A stretch of 32,674 bases of DNA, taken from the NCBI RefSeq assembly GCF_001194135.2, contig NC_068985.1:113822788-113855461 (forward strand), written 5' to 3'. The notes beneath the pieces were generated by a model. It worked only from the letters and a program-made list of their open reading frames with translations, made no database searches and was not told where the DNA came from. Below are positions 22,031 through 31,991 of this stretch, in pieces (the first letter of the stretch is position 1; each line of letters begins with the position of its first letter). A program made the position numbers and the translations under genes. This DNA comes from Octopus bimaculoides. Lineage: Eukaryota.

Positions 22031-24035
22031 TGTAATAACATAAAAATTGTGTTGTAGGGTCTATCAACTGTGATTAAAGAAATAAAACAAAGCAAAAAAA
22101 AAAGAAAAAAAGAAAAGTATACTAATGAACAAGAAAATAGTGATAACAACAAATAAAATAAAATATTAAGAATAGAAATACTACGACTACTAATATTTTT
22201 CTAATATAATAATATTGGTAATAATAATAATAATACTATTACTACCACTACTATTATAAATAACGAAAATAATAACGAAAGCTAAACAAGAGGAAACAAT
22301 ATTTTGAAAAAAATTGCTTTTTTCTTAGAATTTGGATTAATTTTCTGCTTAAACAATTTTGTATATGCATGCATATGTATATGCGTGTTTATTTGTATGT
22401 ATGTAATTATGTATGTGTGAGCATAAAGAGATTGGAGCAGTGATGGGGCTGAGAACAACTACCACCAACACCACCACCACTACCGACAAAGAAACAGAAA
22501 TTCCCCAGTAAGAGCAATACAACTGGCATCTCTGAGATTAAATTGGTCATTTGTTCAAGGTGATTTGAAGATAAATATTTATTTATACCTAGAATCATCA
22601 TCATCATCGTCAGTAGCATTAGCAACAACAATAATAGTTGTAGTGGTAATAGTAACAATACTACTCCACTTGGCCAACACCTAAATTGTCAGGAGTGTGC
22701 GCTTTAGTTAAAATGTAACCACAGTAATTACTTTTTAAATCACCATGTGTACTCTAGTTTTTAGAGTAGGTAAATTATTATAGCCCCAGGCTGACCAAAG
22801 CCTTGTGAGTGTATTTGGGAGACAAAAACTGAAAGAAAACTATCATATATGTATGTATGTGTGTTAATGTCTCTTTGGTTTGGTACTGCATAATAGTTGT
22901 AAGCAAGTGGTGTCCTTTGTTTCTAACCTTCTGACATATTTGGTCTCTGGGATATTAACTTTCTTGATAAAAAAAAAGCAAAAAAACAAAAAAAAAACAG
23001 ATGAGGGTTGGTGGCAGGAAGGGCATCCAGCCATAAAAAAATCTGCCTCAGCAAATTCATTCCGACATGCATGCATGGAAAATTGGACGCTAAACAATGA
23101 TGGTGATATTTGTGTGTGTGTGTGTTTCCTTCACATTTGCTGGTTTGTAAGCAATGGCTTCCTGCTGGTGTCAATGACATGAGTCCACCATGAAAAGATG
23201 TTTAATTTTCTTGACATGTTATCATAATTTTGATTTCAAATTTTGGCACAAGGCAAGCAATTTCAGGGAAAAGGACTGAGTCAATTAAATCAACCCCAGT
23301 ACTTCTTATTGATCCTGAAAAGCAAAGGTAGCATTAACATCCTTGTCTAAGTGTATTCCATGCTGGTACGAGTTGGACAGTTTCACAAGATCCAAAAGCC
23401 AGAGGGCTGTGTTGCTCTCCAATGTCTGCTTCAGTAGGGTTTCTACAGCTGGAGACGCTTCTTAATGCCAAGCAGTTTACAAGGTGGACTGGGTGTCATT
23501 TTGGTGGGACCTACAATAGTGAGGTCATCAAGTAATTTGCAAGACATGGCCCTGTGACAGAATAGTGGTATAGTATCAAGGGAGGTGGCGTTGAGCTGAG
23601 TCCTGAGAGGTTAAAGTATGAAAGAGGGACAGGAACAGATGTCTTGCTGTAGAGGAGATACATGGCTTCTCCAGCAGAAAAAGAAGGAAGTAGAGACCAG
23701 GTATCAGGATTTACCCTCAGGGTTCAAGAAGATGTATAGAGAGAGAATAGAGGTAAAGAACTAAGGATGAATGGGTAGGTAAATGAGTGTGCAAGATTGT
23801 GAAAGGAGAGTGATAGATGGTAGAGATCAGGACAGAAGTGAATGTAAGTGCAGGTCACGGAAGAGGAGGCAAAAGATGGTAATACATATGCTATGTATAT
23901 ATAGACTATGTATATAGAATCAACAGGTGAGATCCAGAGATTCTTGGTATAGAAAACACTTAGTAGCACTCAAATGATTTGAACTTAAATGCCAATGTCT
24001 TTACAAGGGACCAATTCCGTAGATAAGAGGACTAT

Positions 24036-24438
24036 ACTCTTTCTCTTTTACTCTTTTACTTGTTTTAGTCATTTGACTGTGGCCATGCTGGAGCACCGCC
24101 TTTAGTCGAGTAAATCAACCCCAGGACTTACTTATTCTTTGTAAGCCAAGTACTTATTCTATTGGTCTCTTTTGCCAAACCATTAAGTTACGGGGACCTA
24201 AACACACCAGCATCGGTTGTCAAGCGATGTTGGGGGGGACGAACACAGACACACAAACACATACACATATATACGACGGGCTTCTTTCAGTTTCCGTCTA
24301 CCAAATCCACTCACAAGGATTTGGTCGGCCTGAGGCTAAAGTAGAAGACACTTGCCCAAGAGGTCATGCAGTGGGACTGAACCCGGAACCATGTGGTTCG
24401 TAAGCAAGCTACTTACCACACAGCCACTCCTGCACCTA
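24036..24438 (-). mobile_element. Full-length tRNA-derived SINE with CORE-like central domain
   Basis: The head AGGTGCAGGAGTGGCTGTGTGGTAAG...GGTTCAGTCCC has A/B-box-like motifs. It is followed by CTTGGGCAAGTGTCTT (CORE-like), an internal (TA/TG)n tract and the tail ...GCGGTGCTCCAGCATGGCC...AAGTAAAAGAGTAAAAGAG. Many partial copies occur in this window. Confidence 0.85.
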
Positions 24439-24445
24439 GTGTGGG

Positions 24446-24565
24446 ATGCTTACAGCACCTAGGTTTCCCAAGCGGTCACCCATCTAAGTACTCACTAAGC
24501 TCGATGTTGCTTAACTTCGGTGATCGGACAAGAACCGGTGCTCTCAGCATGATATGGCAGTATAT
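24446..24565 (-). pseudogene. Full-length (120 nt) 5S rRNA-derived copy, probably a pseudogene
   Basis: The reverse complement ATATACTGCCATATCATGCTGAGAGCACCGGTTCTTGTCCGATCACCGAAGTTAAGCAACATCGAGCTTAGTGAGTACTTAGATGGGTGACCGCTTGGGAAACCTAGGTGCTGTAAGCAT is collinear with metazoan 5S. It is a solitary copy, carries several substitutions and has no oligo-T terminator after the 3' end. Confidence 0.9.
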
Positions 24566-24691
24566 AGAGATATACAAATGACTTATTAAATTGGCAGTAT
24601 CACAAAGCAGATAAGAAAGGGGAGTATAGTTAACTGAATAATAGATGTAAGTACATGACTTATATCTTTTAGATTGGAGTTGACTTGGGGG

Positions 24692-24895
24692 TTAAACCTT
24701 TAGCATCCAGATTACTCTGTCAAATGTAATGTTTATTTATTCTCATTGTTTTGAATTAATCCTGTATTATCTTGTACATTTAGGATTCCAGGGATGGGAG
24801 TGCTTATTTTTAGAATGACATTGTAGGATAGGTGTGAGAGGTCAAGTCTGTACATAAAACAGGCAGAATATTTTAGCCTGAAATGGCTTGTTAAA
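24692..24895. mobile_element. Family-A MITE with a degraded right end
   Basis: It runs TTAAACCTTTAGCATccagattactctgtcaaatg...gaatgacattgtaggataggtgtgagagg. Confidence 0.75.
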
Positions 24896-24927
24896 ACAAT
24901 ATAAAACAATAAAAATGCAGTACATAC

Positions 24928-25066
24928 TTTGACAGTTTTTTGCGCAAGTTTCCTGATCTGCACTTGAGATGGTGAGTGACTGGTGATCGCCGAGCAGTTC
25001 TGTCCAGTATATGGCAACCACCGAAGGTCTTGGTCAGCCTCTTTACACTCGGCTCGCAGGGAGCAT
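24928..25066 (-). CDS. PlexA: Plexin (Plexin-A-like) internal coding exon: C-terminal half of PSI domain 1 and linker
   Basis: The minus strand has the acceptor ccttttcttttctcttcag and the donor AAA|gtatgt. The 139 nt read as 1 nt + CSLRAECKEADQDLRWLPYTGQNCSAITSHSPSQVQIRKLAQKTVK with no stops. The C-x5-C...W...C spacing matches the PSI end as I recall it from arthropod PlexA (CSxRxxC..W...CTTIT..P.Q.Q). It has an NCS sequon and joins the next exon in phase 0. Confidence 0.9.
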
Positions 25067-25348
25067 CTGAAGAGAAAAGAAAAGGTAATTATAATAATAA
25101 TAACAACAATGTTTTTGCTTAAGCATACAAGACTTGGTTTTTATAAATCATTTCAGGATTATTTGCCTTTAGTTTACCAATAACAATAGGGAGGTTAGGG
25201 AGTTAAGTGGTAAATAATGCTATTTTAGTAACTTCTTATTTTCAAAATCAACTGAAAGGAAGAAAGTGTATTTTGACAGAAATCATCATCATGATCATCA
25301 TCGCTTATTGCAACAAAAAGGTTATAATGACCTAAATTATAACCATTC

Positions 25349-25754
25349 CATTAAAATTTCATGTTAATTTATGTTTCAAATTCCAGCTTAACAATGACAA
25401 AGTTATTTTACGAAATTCTTCATTAATTTCAAAACTAATTAAACCAAGGACAGAATTATTTTAACAGAAATATGGTAGCTAAAAGGTTAAGTTAAAAAAC
25501 TATTACTACTTCAAACACTGTTGCTATGAAGTTCAGTAAAAAGTCACAGGTCCTTAAAACCACAACCACTAGCAAGATATTGTGAAGACACAAGCTTCCT
25601 GATTTAATAGGATTTAAATTAAAAACCTTCTACCATCAAAGCTTTATGCTAATTTATGTCCCAAACACCAGGTTAATAATGACAAAGATATTTTACCAAA
25701 TTCTTCATTACTTTCCAAATTAATTGAAAGAAAGGCGATGTATTTCAACAAAAA
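25349..25754. mobile_element. Two partial copies of a second TTAA-ended MITE (family B; about 25349-25490 and 25621-25754)
   Basis: Both share aatttatgt...aatgacaaag.tattttac.aaattcttcatta.tttc.aa. The first ends gaaatatggtagctaaaaggTTAA. Only one terminus is visible. Confidence 0.55.
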
Positions 25755-26139
25755 GGGCCAGTAGAAACGCAATGAGAAGTTGTGATATTCATACTTTTTC
25801 TGGGAAGAGTAAGGAAGGAAACATCAAGAAGAAAATCGAGCACTCAGAGAGAGCAAACCTCCGCCAAGGCAACACAAACATCCTCTCAACAATTAGTTGG
25901 AGATGATTTTTAAAATGAGAATATCTGAAATAAACTCAACTGCTCACACAAACGAGAATACTAAAAATGAAACCTTTATGGACCCTAATATTGGTTCAAG
26001 AAAGGCTTGAAAGAAGAGAGGAATCACCATATGTTATGGCCAAAAAAGGGACACATGTATGAACTTGAGCAACCAGTTTTTCAATCTCAATCGAATAGAA
26101 AAAAAAAAAAAATAACAATAATGATGATGATAAAAATCT

Positions 26140-26350
26140 TTTATACTTGAGGCACAAGGCCCAAAACTTTTGGGGAGGGGGCCAGTCCATTAGGTCAACT
26201 CCAGTATGCAACTGGTACTAAATTTATCGACTCCAAAAGGATGAAAGGTAAAGTCGACCTTGGTGGAATTTGAACTCAGAATGTAAAGACAGATGAAATA
26301 CCACTAAGCATTTTGCCTGGCATGCAAATGTTTCTGCCAGCTCGCTGCCT
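26140..26350 (-). mobile_element. tRNA-derived SINE with Nin/Deu-like domain
   Basis: The reverse complement has the head GGCAGCGAGCTGGCAGAA...GAGTTCAAATTCC. It is followed by GTCGACTTTACCTTTCATCCTTTTGGAGTCGATAAATTTAGTACCAG, which resembles the Nin/Deu domain as I recall it. Confidence 0.75.
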
Positions 26351-26361
26351 GAATAATGATG

Positions 26362-26398
<37 letters not shown>

Positions 26399-26556
26399 TA
26401 ATAATAATGATGATGACTTCATTTATTTGCCACAAGGGCGAAGGATAAGGGGGACAATACAGAGACAGACATAAAGTGTGCGGGTTTACATAGGGGAAAA
26501 AAATAAAGTATACACGGTCTACACTGAAAAAGAGGGGACATATGCATAATAATAAT

Positions 26557-26760
26557 CCTTTCTACGAAAGGCACACGGCCTGCAACTAGAGGGCTAATTG
26601 CTTGCATTGGACCCAGTGATTGACTGGTACTTAATTCATTAACCCCAAAAAGATGAAAGCAAAGTTGACCTTGGTGGAATTTGAACTCAGAATGTAAAGA
26701 CAGAGAAAATGCTGCTAAGTGTTTTGCCTAGTGTGCTAATAATTCTTCCAGCTCACCACC

Positions 26761-26762
<2 letters not shown>
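26557..26762 (-). mobile_element. Second Nin/Deu-like SINE copy, same orientation
   Basis: It is collinear with 26140-26350 (aaagttgaccttggtggaatttgaactcagaatgtaaagacag shared). Confidence 0.75.
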
Positions 26763-26804
<42 letters not shown>

Positions 26805-27892
26805 ATAGATAACTTAATGACCGACAACAGAGAAAAAGTAAAGAAGTAATAGATCTTTTCTTTTTTTTTTTTTTTCCCTTTCCTAAAGACAGAAAGAGTT
26901 CTTTATGATTTATTACTCATGCAAGCCACAGTAGCACCACCAGGCACTAGTTCACTGTCTTTTGATAAGCAGCAACCGATAATAAACAGCAGGCATTTCT
27001 CTATTTTAGTCTCACAATCACAGGTACACCAGAGTTTTCATTTTACTTCCTGTGTATTTAGATTTCAAAACAGACACACACAGTCATAGCCACACATACA
27101 CACACAGACAAAATTCTATCCCCACGTGATCAGCTTTCACTAGCAGAATATTCAAATAACCATCATACTACCCAAATGGAGTTAGATGCCTGCAAGGAAA
27201 ACAGCAATTCTCCATTTAGATTCACAGCTTTCTGATCTTAATGGGTTTTCTCTTTTCATTTTTTCTTTTTATTTTTACTCCTGAGATGCAATGGCTGGGC
27301 AGTTTAGCACAATTTGCCAAATAGCCCTCTCACCTCTTTCTCTCTCTCTCTTTTTCTCTCTTCCTAGTTTTATATTATTATTATTTTGTTGTTGTTGTTG
27401 TTGTGTTATGNNNNNNNNNNNNNNNNNNNNNNNNNNNNNNNNNNNNNNNNNNNNNNNNNNNNNNNNNNNNNNNNNNNNNNNNNNNNNNNNNNNNNNNNNN
27501 NNNNNNNNNNNNNNNNNNNNNNNNNNNNNNNNNNNNNNNNNNNNNNNNNNNNNNNNNNNNNNNNNNNNNNNNNNNNNNNNNNNNNNNNNNNNNNNNNNNN
27601 NNNNNNNNNNNNNNNNNNNNNNNNNNNNNNNNNNNNNNNNNNNNNNNNNNNNNNNNNNNNNNNNNNNNNNNNNNNNNNNNNNNNNNNNNNTTTCACAAGA
27701 ACCTTTCACTTAACCTTTGTCCTCATCATTTCTTTCTTTTAGTCTCCTCTTTTTTTCACTCATGCCAGCATCATAAAAAAAACAAAACATTACTCCCCCA
27801 CACCCACTCACCTGCCACCACAACCAAAACACGAACTCTGGCCTACTAAAATTTGTCCGCAGATCATTTGTATTCATTCTTATCGTTATTAT

Positions 27893-28115
27893 TAAAGTGG
27901 CAGGCTGGCAGAATCATTAGCGTGTCGGACAAATTGCTTAGTAGCTTTCTCTTTAGCTGTTTTCATTTTGAGTTCAAACACCACTTATGTCAACTTTGCC
28001 TTTCATCCTTTTTGGAGTCAATAAAATAAAGTACCAGTCAAGTACTAGAGTTGAAGTAACTGACTCACTGCTTACTCCATCTTAAAATTGCAGGTCTTGT
28101 GCAAAAGTCTGGAAC
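27893..28115 (+). mobile_element. Nin/Deu-like SINE (older copy)
   Basis: It runs ggctggcagaatcattagc...gagttcaaacacc...gtcaactttgcctttcatcctttttggagtcaataaaataaagtaccag. 3' fragments of the family also occur at about 18908-18990 and 23235-23330 (minus). Confidence 0.7.
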
Positions 28116-28159
28116 CAAAAGCAGTAAGCTGTCAGAACTGTTAGAGTATCCTATATGTA

Positions 28160-28497
28160 TGTCATCATCATTTAATGTTCGTTATCCATGCTGGCATGGG
28201 TTGGACAGTTTGACTGAAGGCTGCATCAGGCTCCAGTTTGATTTCACATGGTTTTCTATGGCTTGATGCTCTTCCTAATGCCAACCACTTCCAGAGTGTA
28301 ACGAGTGCTTTTCCGTGCCACCGGCACAGGTGCCATTTGCGTGACATCGGTATCTGCCACAACTGCAATTTTGCTTGGCTTGATGGGTCTTCTCAAGCAC
28401 AACATAATGCCAAAGGTCTTGGCCATTGCCTCTGTGAGGCCCAACATTCAAAAGGAACTCAGCCACTTTGCCTCCATGAGGCCCAACACCTCCACGA
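28160..28497 (-). mobile_element. RTE LINE 3' fragment
   Basis: The reverse complement encodes MLGLTEAM and, after a shift, QDLWHYVVLEKTHQAKQ. The same 3'UTR type and (GAT)n tail follow. Confidence 0.75.
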
Positions 28498-28751
28498 GTG
28501 TGTGTGTGTGTATGTGTATAACATGTAATATATGGGTATGATTGGAGGTGCTTGATGTGCGACAATTAAACCACATTGATGATGTGCTTGTTCGATGCTT
28601 GCCCAATAAGCTGCATCTAGTGGTTGCATCTATAGTGTGGTGTCATGTGTTGTTGAATACTGAAACATATGTAACACTTAAAATATCTGAGTACTAACTC
28701 AAAGCACATGTTCTTTTCTCATATATACACACATAAACATTTATTTATATA

Positions 28752-28990
28752 CAGGGGTGGAAGTAAAGTCACTGTACAGTTCTCTTATGTTGTAGGGAAT
28801 GCATTGAAGCAGTCGGCTTGCAGTTTGAACAGAATCGATAATTAATATACTATTGTTTACCATAGCATTTTCCTGTTATTAACCTGAATTAACCAGAACG
28901 ATTTTAATAATAAATTTCTGGACTGTTGATTAATTGCTTTGTCGTAATTGTTATTGTAAGTAACTGTATAGTGACTTCATTGCCACCATG
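28752..28990. mobile_element. Tc1/mariner-type MITE
   Basis: The ends are TA|CAGGGGTGGAAGTAAAGTCACTGTACAGTT ... AACTGTATAGTGACTTCATTGCCACCATG|TA. This is an imperfect TIR of about 30 bp with TA on both sides (28750-51, 28991-92). Confidence 0.7.
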
Positions 28991-29204
28991 TATATATATT
29001 TATTCATATGAATAGATAACAGATGGATAATGTGTCACTTCACTACAGCTGTTTCCAATCATCAGAAAAAAGCATTTTTCATCAGGTAAATACACGAACA
29101 TTCAAAATTCAACGGGATGTGCATGTTCATGATTCTATGACTCTTGATGGTCATTTAAATGCCTGATTCACCTGCATCCTGATCTATTACATACAATGGG
29201 CTTT

Positions 29205-29350
29205 CGATGTCAGTTTACCAAATCCCACTCACAAGGTCTTGGCTGTCCTAGGGCAATAGTGGAAGACATTTGCCCACATTGCTATGCAGTGGGATTGAAC
29301 CTGAAACCATGTGGTTGGGAAGTGAACTTCTTAACCAACACAGCCATGCT
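29205..29350 (-). mobile_element. CORE-like SINE, 5' half
   Basis: This is the reverse complement of the head and core (cagtttaccaaatcccactcacaagg...aaccatgtggttggga...cagccatgc). Shorter pieces lie at about 4335-4415, 8835-8885, 9735-9810, 22775-22845 and 30645-30715. Confidence 0.75.
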
Positions 29351-29639
29351 TGCTCTGACAGCCAGTATGGAGATTGGCTAATAAAAGAATGCTAAACATG
29401 CTGAACCAGTTTTAATTTTCTGTTTCGTATCAGCAAATTTAATAAATGCTACCTGGGTACTTGAATGAATTCTCTGTCCTCAGATAAGTGTCCATAAATG
29501 GGGTCAGTTAAACTGAGTATATATATCTCCACCCAAAATGTTTTGCTATGTGCTTTACATCATAGGTCATTTATTTATTACAGGTAATCTTAGAGCAGAA
29601 GATTGACGCTACTCCACCTGCCATTGTACATATTACAAG

Positions 29640-29950
29640 TCCACACACATACACACACACATCTCCATACATACATGCATGTATATATGTGTGTGTGTGC
29701 GTGTGTGTGTGTGTGTTTATGTATGTGTGTGTATATATATATATTTATTGGGTGTGTATGTATATATTGATATATACACATATTGATACACATACAGAAG
29801 TATACATTCATATACACACATACCTATACAAACATACATACTTAAATGCACATACATACAAACATACATACATACATACACAAACTATGTGTATGTGTTC
29901 AGACACACACACACACATCTACATGCATATACATACATGCAGATATATAT
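29640..29950. repeat. (CA/TA/TG)n low-complexity tract
   Basis: Visible directly. Similar tracts lie at 5800-5917, 12460-12530, 17820-18020, 18210-18450 and 32575-32674. Confidence 0.9.
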
Positions 29951-30161
29951 ATAGTTTTAGGGAAAATAACCAAGTATCAAGAACACATCGATGAAAATCC
30001 ACTATCAATTTAATTTTAATTTTTTATAAATTGATTTTAATTGAGTTTTTGCCTGTAATTTTGGATTTTGTCCCTAATATTATTATTATTATATATATAT
30101 NNNNNNNNNNNNNNNNNNNNNNNNNNNNNNNNNNNNNNNNNNNNNNNNNNNNNNNNNNNNN

Positions 30162-30201
<40 letters not shown>

Positions 30202-31248
30202 GTGTAAGAGAGTTTCAAATACCGACTACACATTTATACACTTGATTATTTGTAGGCAGCTATAGATGGTTTTTCTTCCTAGGCAACAAAGACAATGGTA
30301 CACAACACAGAAGGGAGTTGAGGTATATATATGTGTGGAAAAGTGCACGCACACTAACCAGAAACTATCACTAATGATGTTCCACTATGTAAAAGAAAGG
30401 AAAAAAAAATAATCATTTCACCCAGTTAGAAAAAAAAAAAGAAGGTAAATAAGAGAAAAAGATGCAGTAGTTTGCTTTTTATGGATTGATAATAATATAC
30501 AAGATGGAGAGAATCTCATTTGCTGAATGGGTGCCAAGAATTTCGGCAAACAAACCAACCAGTTCTCTGAATCAATCCATTTGAAAATGCCACAACATCA
30601 ATATGTGTGTGTGTGTGTGTACATATATATGTATGTACATACACACAAGACTGGTTTCCATATAATCTTTCTCTACCAATTTCATTCCCAAGGAATTGCT
30701 TGGCCTAGGCAACAGAAGAAGGCAACTAACCAAAATACTGCACAGTGTCAAAGAACACAGAATCCCATAATAACAAAGCAAACTAGAGGTTGCTCGTCTG
30801 TTCATGTGTGTGTGTATACACGCATGCACATGCAAATGCATATGTGTGCATGTATTTCACAGACAAGAAGGTAAAATTTGAAAGCAGTATGGCTTTGAAA
30901 ACAGCCAAGAAAGATTAGGCATTTACCCTTAGGAGACAGACAAAAAGTAACCAACAGATGGCAACAAAATGTTCCCACATTCCCAAAAGAGGTTATTACA
31001 TAGCATTAAAATTGACTGTAATTGTCATCAATCAAGGGCTGCTTAGCTTAATGGTACAGATCACTCAACCGGTATCTCAGAGATACAGGGTTCTCTTCTC
31101 TGTAGCTGCCTGCTGGCAACTTTCTTTTCCTTGTATTCTAAGGATAAATGCCCAATTTTTCTTGGCTGTTTTCACAGCTATATTGTGTTAAAAATTTACT
31201 TTTTTCTATGTCGGGTACAAATACACTTGGCACCTCTAAAGCTTTTAT

Positions 31249-31392
31249 ATCATCATCATCATCATCATCGTTTAACGTCCGCTTTCCATGCTAGCATGGG
31301 TTGGACGATTTGACTGAGGACTGGTGAAACCGGATGGCAACACCAGGCTCCAGTCTGATTTGGCAGAGTTTCTACAGCTGGATGCCCTTCCT
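31249..31392 (-). mobile_element. RTE 3' tail (young; cut by a gap)
   Basis: It is a near-identical reverse complement of 1-95, with only a few mismatches by eye. Confidence 0.85.
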
Positions 31393-31679
31393 NNNNNNNN
31401 NNNNNNNNNNNNNNNNNNNNNNNNNNNNNNNNNNNNNNNNNNNNNNNNNNNNNNNNNNNNNNNTGATCGTGTATAGAGGAATATATTATTTTATTTAAAA
31501 GAGTTCCAACTCTGTCTGTTTTTTATGTTTTATTTATATTCTTGTAAAATTAATGTGGGATGTAGAATATGGAATATATAATATATAATATAAAAATAAA
31601 TGGTAAAATGAAATGAAGTATTGAATGTCTTATTGAATATATGAAATATTGAGTATTTAATATAGAGAATTATATATAC

Positions 31680-31855
31680 TGGCATCTAAAAGCACCCATT
31701 ACAATCTCAGAGTGGTTGGCATTAGGAAGAGCATCTAGCCATAGAAACGATGCCATATCAGACTAGAGTCTGGTGCAGCTTCCAGCTTGCCAGCCCTGGT
31801 CAAACTGTCCAATCAATGGCAGCATGGACAATGGATGCTGAATGATGATGATTAT
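31680..31855 (+). mobile_element. RTE 3' tail (older)
   Basis: It runs aaaagcacccattacaatctcagagtggttggcattaggaagagcatc...gcagcatggacaatggatgctgaatgatg. A similar copy lies at about 20690-20880 (+). Confidence 0.7.
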
Positions 31856-31991
31856 GATATATATATACACACACTTACATATATCATCGTCATTTAACAT
31901 AATTTTCCATGCATGGGTCAGGTAGAATCAGTAGAGATAGATTATCTATGGCCATGTATCCTTCCTACAGCATCTGAACTATGGATGTAGT

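Larger units (their letters stand above)
17706..24927 (-). other. GT-AG intron between the two plexin exons (about 7.2 kb including two gaps; phase 0)
   Basis: On the minus strand it starts gtatgt at 24927 and ends tacag at 17706. Splicing gives ...KTVK|ITLQV... in frame. Confidence 0.8.
2354..31463. other. Eleven assembly gaps (N): 2354-2974, 5918-6136, 9137-9350, 11550-11862, 13071-13824, 15061-15153, 19523-19958, 21265-21708, 27411-27690, 30101-30161, 31393-31463
   Basis: These are runs of N, most of them bordered by microsatellites or young repeat copies. Confidence 0.98.

Noticed and set aside
24360-24438. Possible tRNA genes at SINE heads (also 20252-20325 and 26270-26350)
   Set aside because: A/B-box-like motifs are present, but there is no complete cloverleaf and each continues into a SINE body.
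25724-25906. 60-aa plus-strand ORF (MKERRCISTK...)
   Set aside because: It starts inside a MITE fragment, has no recognisable motif, and its length is within chance expectation.
27150-27215. Good-looking minus-strand acceptor (ttttccttgcag)
   Set aside because: All three frames stop within about 10 codons and there is no strong donor.
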